Part shown: positions 36,513 to 39,077 of the stretch, one piece after another
How positions within the stretch are numbered: the first letter of the stretch is position 1
How the letters are laid out: each line of letters begins with the position of its first letter
Virus record (IMG/VR): IMGVR_UViG_3300014775_001014
Location: 1 to 39,077 of that record
Reading direction: 5' to 3' (one strand)
Source of the DNA: a virus
Taxonomy: Duplodnaviria; Caudoviricetes
DNA: 39,077 bases
Program-made: the position numbers and the translations under genes
Notes under the pieces: model-generated
Seen by the model: only the letters and a program-made list of their open reading frames with translations
What the model was told of the DNA's origin: nothing
Database searches by the model: none

Positions 36513-39077
36513 ATGGCTGACAATAAACTCGATAAATTGGGTTATGTAATTAAAGACCCAAAGTATAAAACTAAATCTGATTCTGTTATATCTCCTGTAG
36601 AACCTGAAGACGAATTTTTTTCAGCAAGAATATCTAACGGTGGATACTTTGGATATTACTTAGAGCAAGGAACTGGGAAACAAGACGAGTTCCATCTAAT
36701 ACGAATATACAGAGATATGGCACTGTTGCCTGAAGTTGATTCCGCAGTAGATGATGTGGTAAATGAAGCCATAACTTCGGATAGTGACGAGCCTCCTGTG
36801 CTTATTGATTTGTCTAAATTACCTGCTAAAGATACTCTTAAAAATAAAATTCGAGAAGAGTTCGATTATATTTTATCTTTGATGGACTTTGATGATAAAT
36901 GCCATCAGATATTTAGAAGATGGTATGTTGATGGTCGTTTATTCTTTCATAAAATAATCGATTTAGAGAAACCAAAAGAAGGGATTAAAGAGCTTCGATA
37001 TATTGACCCATTAAAAATTAAGAAAGTAAGAGTCAAGAAAGAACAAAAACCAGAAGAAAAGAGAAATTCTCTAGACTTTGGAGAAATTGAAGAGTTTTTT
37101 GTTTATAAGCCTTCTGGATTTTTAAACCAGTATGCCACAATTTCTAAAACTGGTAAGACTATAAAATTATCTAAGGATGCTGTAACTTTTGTTCCATCTG
37201 GTGCTATAGACTACAATAACAACAATGTAGTTAGCTATTTACATAAAGCAATCAAAGCTTCAAATCAACTTCAAATGATTGAAGATAGTATTGTGATATA
37301 TCGTCTTTGCTTGGCAGAATACAGCAGAGTGGCAACTCCATTCGGATACAAATATATTCAGGATATAACTCCTGGAGATATAGTATATTGCTACGACAAC
37401 AGGAAGAAAGGATTAGTAACTACGAAGGTCACTAATCGGTGGATGACAGGCGTTAAAGATACTTATACGGTATCCTCAGAGCATCATAGTATTACTGGTA
37501 CTGATACTCATCCAATTCTCGTAAGAGATTTGTCTACCAACGAAGTTAAGTATGTACCAATCAAAGATATTGTTCCAGAGAAACAATGCTTTGTTTATGA
37601 ATGTCCCCGTAAAACCGAATTAAAACAGCCTTTAGATACATATAAAACATTAAATACACCAGAGTACTTAAACGAAGATTTGGCATTATTACTTGGTTTA
37701 TTTTCTGGTGAAAATTGTCAGGTAGAAGATGATAGAATCTTAGTTTATATAGACAAATACGGTTCTAGAGGTGAAATTTACACTTCATTAATCGAGAAAA
37801 CCTTTCCAGATTATTCTATTATATCTGACCCCTTAGACAATTATGATTTGTATGTATTTAAAAATGAAGATTTAAAATCTTTACTCGATTACTTAAACCT
37901 GAAAGGTTATAGTGAAGAGCAAAGAGTTCCTTCTTGGCTCTATACCTCTCCTTTAGGAGTAAAATTAAACTACGTTTATGGTCTTACAGATAAGTTTGGA
38001 GATAGAGATCATATAGACGGATACTCCATAGAATATACTCATCCATCTATAACTTTCTTAGAAGACTTAAAAGAGATTTGGACATCCATTGGGATGACAT
38101 CTTCCGTAATAACTTATGTAGATTGGGCAAAAACCTATTCTATTAAATTTGGCTTTGACCCACTACCAAAGTTTGAAAGAATAAAGTCAGTTACTAAAAG
38201 TGATAGCTCTCGTGTTTATGACATTGAAGTAGAACATGAGAAACACAATTTTGTTGCTAATGGAATAATAGTACACAACTCCCGTGCCCCTGAAAGAAGA
38301 ATCTTTTATGTTGATGTTGGAAATCTACCAACTCCTAAAGCTTCTCAATACATGAAAGAAATCATGAATCGTTACCGTACTAAAATCCAGTATGATGCTA
38401 AAACTGGATATATCAGAGACGGTAAAAAGCACATGTCTATGCTGGAAGATTTCTTCATTCCCCGTAAGGACGGATGTTTTTCATTAGACACCCGTATAAA
38501 GCTCTTAGATGGGCGTGATGTAGAGCTAGGACAGCTCATAGTTGAACACAAAGAAGGTAAACAAAATTGGACATATTCTGTAGCTCCCGATGGTTCTATA
38601 GTTCCGGGTCTTATATCTTGGGCAGGGGTAACTAGAAATAATGCAGAAGTAGTCAAAGTTACTCTAGACAATGGTGAAGAGATTATTTCTACACCAGACC
38701 ACAAATTTATTCTCAGAAATGGGAAAAGGATTCAAGCCAAAGATTTAACTGAAGGCGATTCTTTAATGCCACTAGACATTATTAATGAAAAATTAATTCG
38801 TGGTAGTAAGCAGAATCCCTATTTTAAAGTTAAATCTAATAAAACTAATAAACATCAAGCAGTACATAGAATAATTCATGAATTTTTTAATGAGCCCCAA
38901 GCTTCAAACGAAGTTATCCACCATGTAGATTTTGATAGATATAACAACAATCCTGATAACTTAGTTGTTATGGATAAAAAGGAACATATAGCATTACATG
39001 GTAAGTCCAGCAGATGCGCTTGGGAAAATGGTAATTATGAATTGCATTGTAAGCGCCTTTCTGAGTCTGGAAAAAAA
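36513..39077 (+). CDS. gp20: Portal vertex protein gp20 with two inteins (3'-truncated by window end; absent from ORF track)
   Basis: Translated by hand with no stop to the window end: YRDMALLPEVDSAVDDVVNEAI, FRRWYVDGR, GIKELRYIDP, SYLHKAIKASNQLQMIEDSIVIYRL | SRAPERRIFYVDVGNLP...HMSMLEDFFIPRKDG. Confidence 0.96.
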   Translation, partial: MADNKLDKLGYVIKDPKYKTKSDSVISPVEPEDEFFSARISNGGYFGYYLEQGTGKQDEFHLIRIYRDMALLPEVDSAVDDVVNEAITSDSDEPPVLIDLSKLPAKDTLKNKIREEFDYILSLMDFDDKCHQIFRRWYVDGRLFFHKIIDLEKPKEGIKELRYIDPLKIKKVRVKKEQKPEEKRNSLDFGEIEEFFVYKPSGFLNQYATISKTGKTIKLSKDAVTFVPSGAIDYNNNNVVSYLHKAIKASNQLQMIEDSIVIYRLCLAEYSRVATPFGYKYIQDITPGDIVYCYDNRKKGLVTTKVTNRWMTGVKDTYTVSSEHHSITGTDTHPILVRDLSTNEVKYVPIKDIVPEKQCFVYECPRKTELKQPLDTYKTLNTPEYLNEDLALLLGLFSGENCQVEDDRILVYIDKYGSRGEIYTSLIEKTFPDYSIISDPLDNYDLYVFKNEDLKSLLDYLNLKGYSEEQRVPSWLYTSPLGVKLNYVYGLTDKFGDRDHIDGYSIEYTHPSITFLEDLKEIWTSIGMTSSVITYVDWAKTYSIKFGFDPLPKFERIKSVTKSDSSRVYDIEVEHEKHNFVANGIIVHNSRAPERRIFYVDVGNLPTPKASQYMKEIMNRYRTKIQYDAKTGYIRDGKKHMSMLEDFFIPRKDGCFSLDTRIKLLDGRDVELGQLIVEHKEGKQNWTYSVAPDGSIVPGLISWAGVTRNNAEVVKVTLDNGEEIISTPDHKFILRNGKRIQAKDLTEGDSLMPLDIINEKLIRGSKQNPYFKVKSNKTNKHQAVHRIIHEFFNEPQASNEVIHHVDFDRYNNNPDNLVVMDKKEHIALHGKSSRCAWENGNYELHCKRLSESGKK
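37308..38279 (+). mobile_element. Intein 1 in gp20 (324 aa) with degenerate LAGLIDADG domain
   Basis: Block A CLAEYSRVATPFG, block B GTDTHPILV, block F VYDIEVEHEKHNFVANG, block G IIVHN|S; central LALLLGLFSGEN, RVPSWL, YVYGLTDKFG. Confidence 0.95.
38475..39077 (+). mobile_element. Intein 2 in gp20 with HNH endonuclease (incomplete in window)
   Basis: Block A CFSLDTRIKLLDG, block B STPDHKFILRNG, AKDLTEGDSL; HNH VHRIIH...VIHHVDFDRYNNNPDNL...EHIALH (38862-38999). Confidence 0.92.

Noticed and set aside
38372-38704. 110-aa minus-strand ORF
   Set aside because: Antisense shadow of gp20 and intein 2

Overview
AT-rich segment of a T4-like myophage genome of the cyanophage type, almost entirely + strand. 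It opens with a short non-coding repeat region and seven small hypothetical genes. The virion structural module follows: a 681-aa structural protein, PAAR, gp25, gp6, a 2.5-kaa gp7-like wedge protein, gp8, a VrlC/DUF4815-like protein, gp13, gp14, gp15, gp16, a 4.5-kb accessory island, gp17, gp18, gp19 and the start of portal gp20, which the ORF track missed because it runs off the window end. Main observations: (1) gp20 carries two inteins 65 codons apart, one with a degenerate LAGLIDADG domain and one with an HNH domain. (2) The gp16-gp17 island holds an IS200/IS605-derived cassette: two 93-bp left ends, each 3' of the TAAC target predicted by its own guide, an intact extended -10 promoter, a deleted tnpB, and a captured 65-aa signal-peptide gene ending in RGCGRR, reminiscent of the cyanobacterial PatX/PatS RG(S/T)GR morphogen. 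(3) A canonically spaced NtcA-activated promoter (GTA-N8-TAC-N22-TACAAT) precedes the first two genes. (4) Two late paralogous proteins share an acidic L/I-x-E-rich leader, suggesting protease-processed head-internal proteins. (5) The gp7-like protein contains a nested domain insertion. All assignments come from motif recognition by eye; no searches were run.
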